Part shown: positions 1 to 9,657 of the stretch, piece after piece | Layout of the letters: each line of letters opens with the position of its first letter | How positions within the stretch are numbered: the stretch's first letter is position 1 | DNA from: a virus | Lineage: Duplodnaviria > Caudoviricetes | Reading direction: 5' to 3' (one strand) | DNA length: 27,495 bases | Virus record (IMG/VR): IMGVR_UViG_3300031716_000044 | Coordinates: 1-27,495 of that record | Notes under the pieces: model-generated | Told to the model about the DNA's origin: nothing | Seen by the model: only the letters and a program-made list of their open reading frames with translations | Databases searched by the model: none | Position numbers and translations under genes: made by a program

Positions 1-472
1 TGTAGTCAGCACCCTGCAGCGAGTTCAGCGCGCGCAGCATCACGGTCTCGCCCTGCTTGTTGCGAGCCATCAGGAACTCACGTAGTGCTGCGACGGTAAT
101 GGGGCCGACACGCCCGTCCACCACGAGATCCTTGTACAGCGTCCCGTTCTTGTTCAGGACGTTCAGTGCCCGCTGCAGGTAGCGCCCGGCAGCGTCTGGA
201 CCGCGGTTGACCGCCGTGTCGAACAACTCGTGCGCGATCGCGGGCGAAAGCGGGAAGCAGATCTCGTCCAGCATCAGCGCGTCCCAGTAGCGCTTGCGGT
301 AGATCACCTTGGCCTGGTCGCGCGTCATCATCTGCATCGCGCCCATGTAACCGAACGCCCTGGCCACACCGATCGTGATCCCCCAGTTGGTCTCGCCACC
401 GCTGTCGGCAGGGTCGTTGACGTAGCCGCCTTCGACGGCCAGCACTTTGTCGATGCACGCATCAAAGCTCAT
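1..472 (-). CDS. Endolysin, glycoside hydrolase family 108 with C-terminal peptidoglycan-binding region (3' end outside window)
   Basis: Absent from the ORF track because it has no stop in the window. Hand translation from ATG 472 (SD GGAGGAG): MSFDACIDKVLAVEGGYVNDPADSGGETNWGIT...LFDTAVNRG...LQRALNVLN...VDGRVGPIT. EGGY-x-N-D-P-x-D-x-GGET-x-x-GIT is the GH108 signature. Confidence 0.92.
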   Translation of the reverse strand, partial: MSFDACIDKVLAVEGGYVNDPADSGGETNWGITIGVARAFGYMGAMQMMTRDQAKVIYRKRYWDALMLDEICFPLSPAIAHELFDTAVNRGPDAAGRYLQRALNVLNKNGTLYKDLVVDGRVGPITVAALREFLMARNKQGETVMLRALNSLQGADY

Positions 473-485
473 GTTTCTCCTCCAG

Positions 486-710
486 TCACACGTCAATGAT
501 CTCGACCGTCAGCGAGGGAGCCGGCCCCTCGATCACGTTGTTGCGCACGAACACCCGCGCGCCTACCGTGGTGTTGCCCCTGGCATGCAGTAGACCGCCG
601 CCCGGCAGTTGCACAGTGGCCGTGCCGCTACTCACCGCGATCACGTCCCCTACCTCCAGCGGTGGGTCGGGCAGGATGGACTTCAGCAGTTTGAATGGGT
701 TGGTGCTCAC
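486..710 (-). CDS. Small tail-tip protein (74 aa), beta-rich, possibly spike/OB-like
   Basis: Likely GTG start at 710 overlaps the upstream TGA (GTGA coupling). Sequence STNPFKLLKSILP...G-x-V...RVFVRNNVIEG; last gene of the tail module. Confidence 0.65.
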   Translation of the reverse strand: MSTNPFKLLKSILPDPPLEVGDVIAVSSGTATVQLPGGGLLHARGNTTVGARVFVRNNVIEGPAPSLTVEIIDV

Positions 711-2599
711 AAATGCGTCTCCAACTGGATTGTCTGCCACAGTTCAGGTAGCGAAGCGTCCAAAGATGTGGAACGCACCACGCCAAACCACGTGTCGCCA
801 CCGTCCTCGTAGCGCACGAACTTGCCCGGCTCGATGACGCCGGTTTCAGGTAGCACCGGCAGACGCAGCCGCACCTGGGCCTGCTGACCTGTGTCGGCCA
901 ACACCGAGAGGCCGCGCTGCCTGGCCGCTGCTGCCTGGGTGATGAGCGCATCGGTGACCATGGGTGCCACCAGATCCCCAGCCGTGCCGGTGCGGGTTAC
1001 CTGGCCCAGTACGCCCTGCGAGGTGCCGGACACGAACACTCGGTTGTATTCAGGCTTCTCGACCCACTCGATGCCCTCCTGCGTGGCCAGGGATGACGGC
1101 AGCACGAAGTCCGGGGTGATGAGACCCCAGTCCCAGGGCGCCAGGAGGTAGCGCGGTAGCACGCGCAGCGTTTGGGCTGTCGGATGCGGCTGCAGGTAGG
1201 CGCCAGCGGCCCCAACCACTGCCGTCAGGCCGTCGATGTAGGTGCCGCGCACGTTGAACGCGCCGCTTGGGACCAGCCAGTTGTCGATCTGCCAGTCGAT
1301 GTCCCAGCCGATCGGCACGCCGTTGAACGTCAGCACGTCGTCCAGCAACTGCTGCGCGGTGCGCGCCTCGTCGTTGGCGAAGGTCAGGATGGGCGAGTAC
1401 GGCCCGGCCAGCAACGCCGACTTGCCGCGCCCGCTGACGCGGATGGTGGCTTGGTTGAATGTGCGCTCGCGGCTCAGCTTCTCAGCCAGGAGCCGATACA
1501 GCGTGCCGTTGATACTGGCCTCCAACTCGACAGGCCCGTCTTCCGGCATGACATCGACCAGGGAGGACGCAGGCAAACTGGCGTTGAAGCCCCAGGTCCA
1601 TGAGTCCACGTCGATCGACAGGGACAAGGACAGCGCAGGCAATTGGATGTCGCCGACGACCCGGCGCAAGGTGACGTTGTTCAAGACCACGTAGACGCTC
1701 CGAATAGGAACGACCACATTGCCGCCCGGTGGAGGCTCGCTGTGGCGTTCGCAGATGAAGAACAGGGCGGTGTTCGGGATGTAGGCACCGGAGAACAGCA
1801 GATGAACTGCGTCGCCTTCAGGCGGGATGTAGCAGGGATCGAACGGCGGAACTACTGGCCCAGGAATCACGCTGGTCCCGGCCGGCGGGACGATCGCGTC
1901 CTGGAAAGGCCCTCGCCTGTTCAGGCTGCGCGACGAACCTAACTGATGTCTGAACGTGTAGCGGTTCCCGGATATGCGCGCCTCGTCGTAGCGGTTCGAT
2001 ACGCTGGGTCTGCGGTCACGGTGACGCTCTTGATACCCGGTGCGCAGGTCCCCGCTACGAACGCGCACGGCGTCTTGGAAAGCCGACAGGCTCTGCGGTC
2101 GCCGATCGCGTAACATCTCAGCGAACGTCTGCGCGATCGAGGTTGGTTGCAAATGCAGCGCATCCTGGTATCCGCCGTCAGCAGATGCTCTGGTACGAAT
2201 AAGCCGGTTGGGTAGGACGTTGCGGAAATCAACTTGAAGTTTGCTGGCCAGTTGCCAGTAAGGTTGCGCTCCGATGGGCAAGCGCTGCGAGTCAGCGAAC
2301 ACCACGTCAGAACTTGTATCAGTCTCGATGCCCAGTTCCCACGCAGTGAGCGTGCGACCCACTGTCGGCCGCGAAGCGTTCGAGATGTACTCGGCTTCTG
2401 CCACGAACTCCAGTGCGCTGAACTGGGCATCGAGCGTGACCTCAGCTAGCGGGACGACCAGGGCTTCGAACTGCAGCGAGCCGAAGTCTGCTTCCAGAGT
2501 GACATTGGTATCTGGAATGCCGCCCCCCGTCTCGCCAAACACGAGATCGACGGGCGGCGCGGTCAGTGGCGCCTGTTGGAAAAGCAAGTCGGTCGCCAA
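707..2599 (-). CDS. Tail-tip/hub-like structural protein (630 aa) with repetitive N-terminal half
   Basis: Long ORF, TTG start with AGGGAG SD. N-terminal half has recurring aromatic-Q/E-x-A motifs (WELG, WQLA, YQDA, FQDA, YDEA). C-terminal half is globular. Function inferred from position. Confidence 0.65.
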   Translation of the reverse strand: MATDLLFQQAPLTAPPVDLVFGETGGGIPDTNVTLEADFGSLQFEALVVPLAEVTLDAQFSALEFVAEAEYISNASRPTVGRTLTAWELGIETDTSSDVVFADSQRLPIGAQPYWQLASKLQVDFRNVLPNRLIRTRASADGGYQDALHLQPTSIAQTFAEMLRDRRPQSLSAFQDAVRVRSGDLRTGYQERHRDRRPSVSNRYDEARISGNRYTFRHQLGSSRSLNRRGPFQDAIVPPAGTSVIPGPVVPPFDPCYIPPEGDAVHLLFSGAYIPNTALFFICERHSEPPPGGNVVVPIRSVYVVLNNVTLRRVVGDIQLPALSLSLSIDVDSWTWGFNASLPASSLVDVMPEDGPVELEASINGTLYRLLAEKLSRERTFNQATIRVSGRGKSALLAGPYSPILTFANDEARTAQQLLDDVLTFNGVPIGWDIDWQIDNWLVPSGAFNVRGTYIDGLTAVVGAAGAYLQPHPTAQTLRVLPRYLLAPWDWGLITPDFVLPSSLATQEGIEWVEKPEYNRVFVSGTSQGVLGQVTRTGTAGDLVAPMVTDALITQAAAARQRGLSVLADTGQQAQVRLRLPVLPETGVIEPGKFVRYEDGGDTWFGVVRSTSLDASLPELWQTIQLETHL

Positions 2600-2612
2600 G
2601 ACCTATCTCCCT

Positions 2613-2909
2613 TCAGTGCATCGTTTCGAACAGCAGACCGACCGGTGACTCGACCAGTAGGGACTGCCGGAATAACAAGTCGTTCAGTGCCGGCACGACA
2701 CGAGATGCCCTGGCCATGAATTGCAACTGGCCGAAGTCGGCTGTGATCAGTGCTATCTGCATCGACAACACCAGCGCCTCGAACGACACGTCCCCAAGAT
2801 CGGCGTCCAGCGACACGTCCCCAAAGGGTACGTCTGAGGCGTCACCGAAGACCAGGTGGATGGGCGACACCGTCTGCCTGGCCAGTCGGAACAAAAGATC
2901 GATTGTCAC
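2613..2909 (-). CDS. 98-aa paralog of the N-terminus of the adjacent 630-aa tail protein
   Basis: GTG at 2909 preceded by AAAGGAG; the track start at 2963 would overlap the upstream gene. Aligns by eye to residues 1-67 of 707..2599. Confidence 0.7.
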   Translation of the reverse strand: MTIDLLFRLARQTVSPIHLVFGDASDVPFGDVSLDADLGDVSFEALVLSMQIALITADFGQLQFMARASRVVPALNDLLFRQSLLVESPVGLLFETMH

Positions 2910-2919
2910 GATGCTCCTT

Positions 2920-3315
2920 TCAGCGCAGGACGCCTGAGACCAGGCGCGTCGTGCCGCCGGCAAACAGCGTCGTGGATGGTAGTTGCAACTCTGCGCTCCC
3001 CGACGTGTCGCTCACATCGCAGTCGAAGGCGATATCTCCGTTGCCGTTGATCACTCGCGCCCATAGAGCAGTGCCGCTGGCGACAACGAGCACGTCATCG
3101 CCAGCGGCCAGGGCGAACTCGCCTCCTGAGATAGTGCCGCTGGGCTTCTCCAGTTCGATCGTGACCAGCAGTGTGCCGCTGGCGGTCGCTCCGGTTGCAG
3201 GGCGCGGTTGATCATCCCCGTAGATCAGGATGCGCGCGACCCCTGCTCCGAGATCTAGGTAGTCCCTGCGACCTTCCAGCGCAGCGTTCTTGAAGTTGTT
3301 GGTCTGGCCGATCAT
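2920..3315 (-). CDS. Small beta-rich virion protein (131 aa), putative fibre subunit
   Basis: ATGA-coupled to the upstream gene. Shares KNA-x-L, (I/L)Y-x(4)-P, TLL and GTA..(W/F)-x-R motifs with 21784..22200. Confidence 0.7.
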   Translation of the reverse strand: MIGQTNNFKNAALEGRRDYLDLGAGVARILIYGDDQPRPATGATASGTLLVTIELEKPSGTISGGEFALAAGDDVLVVASGTALWARVINGNGDIAFDCDVSDTSGSAELQLPSTTLFAGGTTRLVSGVLR

Positions 3316-4382
3316 GGCATCAACTCCGGTACTACCGAGTCAGCGATAACGGCTCGGAAGTTGTTGGTGTGATCGAACGAGATGACGGAATACTTCTGCG
3401 ACTCGTCGATGTTCGTGAACTCGTATTCGCCCGTGGTCTCGTCGCTCCACGTCTCTCGAATGATCACTGCGTCGCGCTGGTTCATCAGCCACACGCGCCG
3501 GTAGACCGGAACGTCAGGTGAACTGTCCACTTTCACCGTACCGAAGATCCGTCCCGCGCCCCCGTACTGCATGTCGAACAAGTTGGAAACGTCATCCAGC
3601 GCTTGGAAACTCGCAGCCGACAGTACGTAGTCTGATTTAGAGAGCAGATCGTCAAGTGCGATCGGAGTGGCCGATACAGGGTCCCCCTTGATCAGCAGGA
3701 CAACACTGGTCCAGTTAGGATCATCCGTCGAGTTATTTGGGAACTCTGCCGTGGGCGGGGTGAAGTCTGCCGTATATCGCGCAACCCCGCGACTGATGCG
3801 AATGCTGTCAACGAAGCCCGTGAAGTTGTTGGCCGATATGCTTTGACTTAGTTGTCCTACCGCCACGGGCAATGAAGCATTGAACAACACCGCCGTGGCA
3901 ATAGTCGCAGGCGTTCCTCCTACTCCATTTAGATAAACCGTCATCGATGTGCCGTTGCGGACTGCTGCAAAATGCGACCATTGATTGAGCGGAACGGACG
4001 ATGCGCTGACAGCGGCGCCTGCTGCGCCTGAGCCTGTGGTAGACCACTCAAAGCGAACGTCTCCTGCTCCCGTGGCACCTGTGAGATAAACAACCCAACT
4101 GAAATTGTCACTAGAGGAGTTGCGCCTAGATATGATGCCGGCGAAAGTGTTGCTGCCGCTTGATGCAGCGGTCGGGTAGACCCAGCCCTCGATGGTGAAA
4201 TTCTCCGATCCGAAGTCGTATATGTCTAGATCCAGACTACCTTTGAAATGGTCTCCGCCAGATCCGTCCATTGCCAGCGAATTCGCTCCGAATTTCGTCT
4301 GCATCGTAGAAATAGAAGCATCCCCAACAGGAGCCAGGTGTGCGCGAACAACAGATTCGTCTTGAACGAGAACGTTGGCCAT
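3312..4382 (-). CDS. Tail protein with LamG/concanavalin-A-like domain and C-terminal beta-sandwich; candidate receptor-binding protein
   Basis: LamG motifs FTIEGWVYP, NQWSHFAAVRNG..MTVYLNG, FTGFVDSIRISRGVARYT. C-terminal G-x-I-x-GTV...RRVWL...TWSD..GEYEF domain. Confidence 0.78.
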   Translation of the reverse strand: MANVLVQDESVVRAHLAPVGDASISTMQTKFGANSLAMDGSGGDHFKGSLDLDIYDFGSENFTIEGWVYPTAASSGSNTFAGIISRRNSSSDNFSWVVYLTGATGAGDVRFEWSTTGSGAAGAAVSASSVPLNQWSHFAAVRNGTSMTVYLNGVGGTPATIATAVLFNASLPVAVGQLSQSISANNFTGFVDSIRISRGVARYTADFTPPTAEFPNNSTDDPNWTSVVLLIKGDPVSATPIALDDLLSKSDYVLSAASFQALDDVSNLFDMQYGGAGRIFGTVKVDSSPDVPVYRRVWLMNQRDAVIIRETWSDETTGEYEFTNIDESQKYSVISFDHTNNFRAVIADSVVPELMP

Positions 4383-4385
4383 GTC

Positions 4386-5525
4386 TTACCTCCACGGACC
4401 TGTCACGTCCACGAAAGCGGGCCCCCCGGAATTGTTCAGGGCACGCAATGCTCTTCCGCTGAGTCCGGTCACGCCGGTCACGCGTTCACGTTGGCTGAAC
4501 GTGCCGGCTACACCGTTCATTGGGCAGTAGTGGATACCAGGGATGACACCTCTGAGTGAACTGCTCTCGACGACGTACATGGGCACCAAATAAATGCCGT
4601 TGTCAGTTGGGTTGGGAAAACTGATGCCGCTGACTGCACCGGAAGTTCCGTTCGGCCCCTGGCTGGGATTGAAATAGGCACTCTTGCTGGCTGCCACCGC
4701 ACTACCGATGGCGAAGTATGCCCTCGGTATCCACACGCCTACGGCGCTGTTGTTTGAATACTGCAAATCTGCCGTCTGCAGCGACGCGGTAGGTGTAGTT
4801 GATGCACCGCTCAGCATGCAGCCGAAAGCGTCCGGCGATTTCTTGGACACGAAATCGCCGAAGAACGTGGTCAGGCTGTATCCGGCCGCGTTGGTGCTCC
4901 AGCCCACCCACAGAATGAATGCGCGATCGTCTCCAATCAAGACCCAAGAGCGCGTGGCCGAACTGGCTGCGTCGGACTTCCACCAGTAGGCGCCGCCGCT
5001 GACCTGCGATGAAGTAGGGAATGGACCCGTGCCGGTGTTCACGTCGCTCATGCTCTCGTAGCCGACAACACGGGAGGATTGCGTGCCGGTGTCGTCAACG
5101 CGCAACCGGCACGCCGTCGCAGCAACGTTGCCAGACTTGTAAGCTGCCAGGTTGGTACCTGAGAACTCCTTGCTCCAGCCAAGAGCCGCGAGTTTGTGTG
5201 TGATGGTGCCAGTAGCTGTGCCGTTTGACACCCCGGTTGCATCGAACGTGTATGTGGTTGACGTGACGCTGAGCACCTTCTTCTGGCCATTCAGACCTGA
5301 GGGAGTAGCTCCAGCGATCTCTGCGACGGAATCAACCTCGAAAGGGTGCCCTGCTGCGCGCGTTACGGTCGCCACACCGCTACTGACCACGACCGAATCT
5401 ACCGTGGCCAAGCCAAACCCGTTGACCAGGCATGCGTCCAACACGGCAATCATGTGGCCAGCAGTTCCACTCAAAGTGGGCGCACCCGTCATGCCGGAAT
5501 GAAGAAACTTGATATCTGCACTCAT
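4386..5525 (-). CDS. Tail fibre-associated structural protein (379 aa)
   Basis: SD AGGAG; Ser/Thr/Gly-rich. N-terminal HSGMTGAPTL..LDACLVNGFG and a small beta-domain (ATVT...HPF...V.IAGATPSGLNG...TTYTF) familiar from phage tail proteins. Confidence 0.65.
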   Translation of the reverse strand: MSADIKFLHSGMTGAPTLSGTAGHMIAVLDACLVNGFGLATVDSVVVSSGVATVTRAAGHPFEVDSVAEIAGATPSGLNGQKKVLSVTSTTYTFDATGVSNGTATGTITHKLAALGWSKEFSGTNLAAYKSGNVAATACRLRVDDTGTQSSRVVGYESMSDVNTGTGPFPTSSQVSGGAYWWKSDAASSATRSWVLIGDDRAFILWVGWSTNAAGYSLTTFFGDFVSKKSPDAFGCMLSGASTTPTASLQTADLQYSNNSAVGVWIPRAYFAIGSAVAASKSAYFNPSQGPNGTSGAVSGISFPNPTDNGIYLVPMYVVESSSLRGVIPGIHYCPMNGVAGTFSQRERVTGVTGLSGRALRALNNSGGPAFVDVTGPWR

Positions 5526-5544
5526 GCTCGCTCCTATTGGTTAA

Positions 5545-8500
5545 TTAAGGGTTATCGACATCTCCACGTATGAGCAACGTGAAGGCGTCTTCGGTCACCG
5601 TTGCGGGACCTTGCAGGATTGTACGGGCCACCCAAACCGGGAAGAACGCACCTACCGTGTTGAAACGCAGTGCATTGCCCGCTGCCCAACCCGTGCCCCA
5701 ACCGAGCGCAGGGATAGTGAAGTACGGCTGACCAGTTGCAGGGTTGTTGATGGAGAAGTTCGTGGACGTATTACCGCTACCAACCACACCAATGTGTTCT
5801 CCTATGACATTAAACGCAGTTGTATTCGTGAACACCACTGCCCAGCGTTCGGTCAACGCCCCGATGTTTGTGACCTGGATCGGATTAGCAATATCGTTGA
5901 ACGTGCCAGTCGCATTAGAGCCGCTAACAGAATCGGCAAACACGTTCGACCAAGTTGCCTGATCGAAGATCAGCGAGACGCGCGCACTTAGATCGCCTGC
6001 AATCAGCGCGCTGGATACATAGGACGAGGCTGCCGGGTAGTCGTGCGTAACCGGGCGCGTGAAGGTCAGTTGCCCGTTGATCTGTGCATTGGAAACCAGC
6101 ATCAGGTCCTCGATACGATGCTCGACCGTAACGGGCTGCGAATAACCGCTGACGTTGGTGAAGGTCACCGTGCCCGCTTCCAGGTCTGCTGTATAGCCGG
6201 TGTTGATGACTACGCCGTTGTTGCCGATCACCCGCACGCGAGAGAGGCGCACTCGACCGCAGTCGATCACCTGGCTGTTGCTGACGGTAGCCGGAGCGAC
6301 CGTCGCCGTGTTACCCAGCACAGCGAAACTGCCTGGCCGGAAAATGGGGACGCGGCCATCTGCAGGCAGGCGCACCGGATCCAGGCCCAGGATGTCGGCG
6401 TCCAGGGGCAGGTAACTGAATCCCACCGCGTTGTAGCGCAGCGTGTCTGCCTGCACACCCTTCGCACCGAGGTGCGTGATGCCAGACAGCCCCAGCGATT
6501 CAACATTCACCGCGTCGGCGTCTGTGTTCATGCTGGTCGGGATGCGACGACCGAATCGCAGAGCCACAACGCCCGTCTCGTAGTCCACCGTACCGAACAC
6601 GCCGTATGAGCCAGGAGTCGAGCCGACCGGCGCGCTGCCGCTGGAGATGAGCCCGTTGATGTCTGCTGTTGCAGTGAACGTGGTTCCATCGTAGAACGTC
6701 CCTGCGACAGAGAAGCCGCCGTTTAGCAAAGGCGAAACGGCGGTACGGAAGTGCGCCGAATCGACCAGTAGTGGCGTATCGCTCCCTGATAGCGACGGCA
6801 CGCTAGAGCCGCTGACAGATCCGGGCGTCGGGCTTGCGCCAGTGGCCCAGGTGGTCAGCCTGACCGCGCGAACACCTTCTTCCAGCACTTGCGATCCCAC
6901 GACCGTGCCAGCGCCTGTCGTTGGGTCCGGGTTGACCTCGTAGTTCAGCGTCGTTCGATTAAGACGATAGACGTTAGCGCCTAGGGTGAATCGTTGCAAC
7001 GAGATCGTTGTATTCGTGTTCGAGTAAAGATCGCCGATCGGCAGAGTTATGGCATCGAAGCTGAACGTGTAGGAGTCGGCCGAGCCATCGCTACCTGCGT
7101 AGCGGTATTCCAACGCATTGGCCTGTGAGCCCGTGGCCCAGAACGCCCAGGTTGGGCGGGGAATGGCCAATATCGAACCTGGCCCGTTCAGCATGGTCAG
7201 TGCTGTCGTACGGACCTCATAGCCGATCAGTTTGATGAATGATGAAGAATCGCCCGAAGAGCCAAGCGGCACACGATTGGAATAGATGGGCTGCTCGCTC
7301 TTGTACCCGCTGATGCTCTTGGTGATTGAACAGTCACCTGTCGAGTAGTTCACCGTACCCACCGTCAAGTTGCCCGTGATGTTCGCGACCTGCAAGTTTC
7401 CGCTGCCGTCATCGAACACCCGGATCGACTGTGTCAGGGTGGTTTCCAACGTATTCCCCAATTCTGGTCGAATACGCATTGGGAACTGGGCTAGAACGGA
7501 GAACTCAACGGACTTCGCTTTAACCGGGGAATCGACAGTGAACGTCCACGCGCTACCCCCATCTACGAACGCAGCTACGTTACCTAGTTTCTCAGTGGCG
7601 TCAGTCACAGCAACGTTGATCGTTGCGTTGGGCGCAGGCAGCGCATTCGGCCTGAATACCAGACGGCCGCTACCGTAGTCGATCGTCCCAGTGGCGTCAC
7701 CAGTCAACGAGCCGTTTGAGTCCGTAGCTGTGCGAGACGATCCGTCGTTCCAGGTCAGCGTCAGTGAGCCTGGCTTCACCGTGTTGTTCAGAACCACCGT
7801 CTTGCCGAACACGCGCACAGCAGATGGGCTGGACGCCGAGATCTGAGTGACTGGACGCGACACCACGGCGGGGGACCACAGCAGGATCACCTGGCTATCC
7901 ACATCGGGAAGCGCGCCCAGGGTCAGCGACACAGTGCCCGTGCTGAAGTTGATGGTGCCGGCTCCGTAACTGGAATCTGCCCCACGCAAAGCGCCAGCGC
8001 CATCGTCCTGCAGGACATACCACTGACCCAATGCGCGGTAACTCACCTGCAAGCTCTTCCGGGCAGGAGCAGGATCCAGGGTCATCACGTAGCTCAGCCG
8101 CTGTCCCTCCTGCGTCACCGGCAAACCCAGCGACTCCGTCACTGTAGTTGGCTCGGTCGCTGGCGTGTACGTTATCTGGTGGGTGCCGGACGAAGTGCCG
8201 AATACGTTGCTCGTAAGCCGTAGCACACCGTTCGAATAGTCCACTGTGCCGACCTGTGTGCCTGCTTGCAGGAGAATGCCGCCTGTATCGGTAAGAGTGA
8301 TGCTGGAGCGCACGATGCTCAGGCTGCCGGGTAGGATGGAACCGCCGATGAACAACGCCTGAGACGTAGTGAAAATCGCAGTGGTGTTCTGAACCACAGA
8401 AGTACCGGCCGCCACCAACATGCTGGATTGCTGGTTCATGCGGGCATCAGCAATCGGCACTTCGACGCGCGTGCTGGGCACCAGTTGGGTGAAGATGCCC

Positions 8501-9255
8501 TCGGCCTTGATCGTGAAGTCTCCGATCTCAGCATCGTCGTCCAGTTTGACCACGCCGTAGTAGCGTGCCGCGTCTGCGACGATAGTGCTGTACACCTTGG
8601 TCTTGCCGACGAAACTGATGTTGGTGTCCTGCCGGGCAGCCTCGAAACCTGTGAAGTCGGCTCGTAGCTGGTCGCTTATTCCGACAGTCACCTCCGCTCG
8701 GGTGAAGTCGCCCTGGCTGTCAGTGAAAGTGCGAACAGTCGAACTGACATCGGTGATGCGCACGAACTGGTCGAATTGATCAGACGCCCCCTCGTTCTTG
8801 CGCAGCAGTAGCGTGTCACCCACTGTGGGTAGGGGCGCTGTCGTCCGCTGCAACAGCGAAATGGTCAACTGACCTGTGATTTGGTTGCCGAACAACAAGC
8901 TTTGCGTGAGCGTACCCTGGGCCAGGTACGCCTCCATCCGGCTCTTGGCTTCATCCCGGCGATCGAACACGTCCTCAGTTGAGAACAGCGTGATCGATAC
9001 GTTAGGGTCGTCTGGTGGATCTGCGACGATGACGTTTGCGCCGAAGTAACCATCGACGTTCGCGGTGTGCACGGAGGCGAACACCTTGCGCAGGTTGACC
9101 CGTCCGCCGGCACGATCGAGTTCAGAGATGTCGGGGAAGATCGCATTACTTGTACCGTCCTGGATGATGGTCGCCACCGGCGCGCCCCCACCCTCTGGCA
9201 CGTCGTTCATCACTTGAGACGCAACCAGTTTGATGTCGCCCGAAAGAATCGTCAT
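5545..9255 (-). CDS. Large tail-tip structural protein (1236 aa) with internal repeated domains
   Basis: Second gene after the tape measure; SD GAGG. N-terminal FPDISELDR-x-x-GRVNLRKVF; five GT(V/I)(D/N)(Y/F)xxG motifs. Confidence 0.75.
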   Translation of the reverse strand: MTILSGDIKLVASQVMNDVPEGGGAPVATIIQDGTSNAIFPDISELDRAGGRVNLRKVFASVHTANVDGYFGANVIVADPPDDPNVSITLFSTEDVFDRRDEAKSRMEAYLAQGTLTQSLLFGNQITGQLTISLLQRTTAPLPTVGDTLLLRKNEGASDQFDQFVRITDVSSTVRTFTDSQGDFTRAEVTVGISDQLRADFTGFEAARQDTNISFVGKTKVYSTIVADAARYYGVVKLDDDAEIGDFTIKAEGIFTQLVPSTRVEVPIADARMNQQSSMLVAAGTSVVQNTTAIFTTSQALFIGGSILPGSLSIVRSSITLTDTGGILLQAGTQVGTVDYSNGVLRLTSNVFGTSSGTHQITYTPATEPTTVTESLGLPVTQEGQRLSYVMTLDPAPARKSLQVSYRALGQWYVLQDDGAGALRGADSSYGAGTINFSTGTVSLTLGALPDVDSQVILLWSPAVVSRPVTQISASSPSAVRVFGKTVVLNNTVKPGSLTLTWNDGSSRTATDSNGSLTGDATGTIDYGSGRLVFRPNALPAPNATINVAVTDATEKLGNVAAFVDGGSAWTFTVDSPVKAKSVEFSVLAQFPMRIRPELGNTLETTLTQSIRVFDDGSGNLQVANITGNLTVGTVNYSTGDCSITKSISGYKSEQPIYSNRVPLGSSGDSSSFIKLIGYEVRTTALTMLNGPGSILAIPRPTWAFWATGSQANALEYRYAGSDGSADSYTFSFDAITLPIGDLYSNTNTTISLQRFTLGANVYRLNRTTLNYEVNPDPTTGAGTVVGSQVLEEGVRAVRLTTWATGASPTPGSVSGSSVPSLSGSDTPLLVDSAHFRTAVSPLLNGGFSVAGTFYDGTTFTATADINGLISSGSAPVGSTPGSYGVFGTVDYETGVVALRFGRRIPTSMNTDADAVNVESLGLSGITHLGAKGVQADTLRYNAVGFSYLPLDADILGLDPVRLPADGRVPIFRPGSFAVLGNTATVAPATVSNSQVIDCGRVRLSRVRVIGNNGVVINTGYTADLEAGTVTFTNVSGYSQPVTVEHRIEDLMLVSNAQINGQLTFTRPVTHDYPAASSYVSSALIAGDLSARVSLIFDQATWSNVFADSVSGSNATGTFNDIANPIQVTNIGALTERWAVVFTNTTAFNVIGEHIGVVGSGNTSTNFSINNPATGQPYFTIPALGWGTGWAAGNALRFNTVGAFFPVWVARTILQGPATVTEDAFTLLIRGDVDNP

Positions 9256-9258
9256 GTT

Positions 9259-9657
9259 TCAAACCTCTTGGAACTTAAGAGTAACTAGATAGAAGTCATC
9301 GTTGACCACGTCGCTGTAGTGAACGATCGGTGTTGCCTCGACGGCTGAGCCGTCGTGATGCCGGAAAATCACCGTGCGCGAGACGCTGCGGATCGTCAGC
9401 GTCATCTGGCGGCCGGCAACAGCAGCCCATGACTTCAGCGTCGCGAGCATGGAGTACGGCATCCAAGCCGTGCCGTCATCCAGCGGTTGCAGCGTGATGG
9501 GCCGACCGCCCAGGCGCTGCGCCGTGCTGACGACCAGCGAGCCGGTGATGGTGCGCTGCGCGGTCTGCTCGACCGGATACCAAGCGTTCTCGTCCTGCCA
9601 GAAGTAGTCGTCGGGCAGGGTCAGGGTTGTTGTTAGGTATGCGAGGGTGATGCTCAT
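9259..9657 (-). CDS. Putative distal tail protein (132 aa)
   Basis: ATGA-coupled directly after the tape measure gene. Size and position are typical of Dit/gpM-like proteins; GRPITL motif. Confidence 0.6.
   Translation of the reverse strand: MSITLAYLTTTLTLPDDYFWQDENAWYPVEQTAQRTITGSLVVSTAQRLGGRPITLQPLDDGTAWMPYSMLATLKSWAAVAGRQMTLTIRSVSRTVIFRHHDGSAVEATPIVHYSDVVNDDFYLVTLKFQEV

Noticed and set aside
78-499. Track ORFs 78..458 (-) and 230..499 (+)
   Set aside because: Both overlap the GH108 endolysin frame, which has the family signature and an SD.
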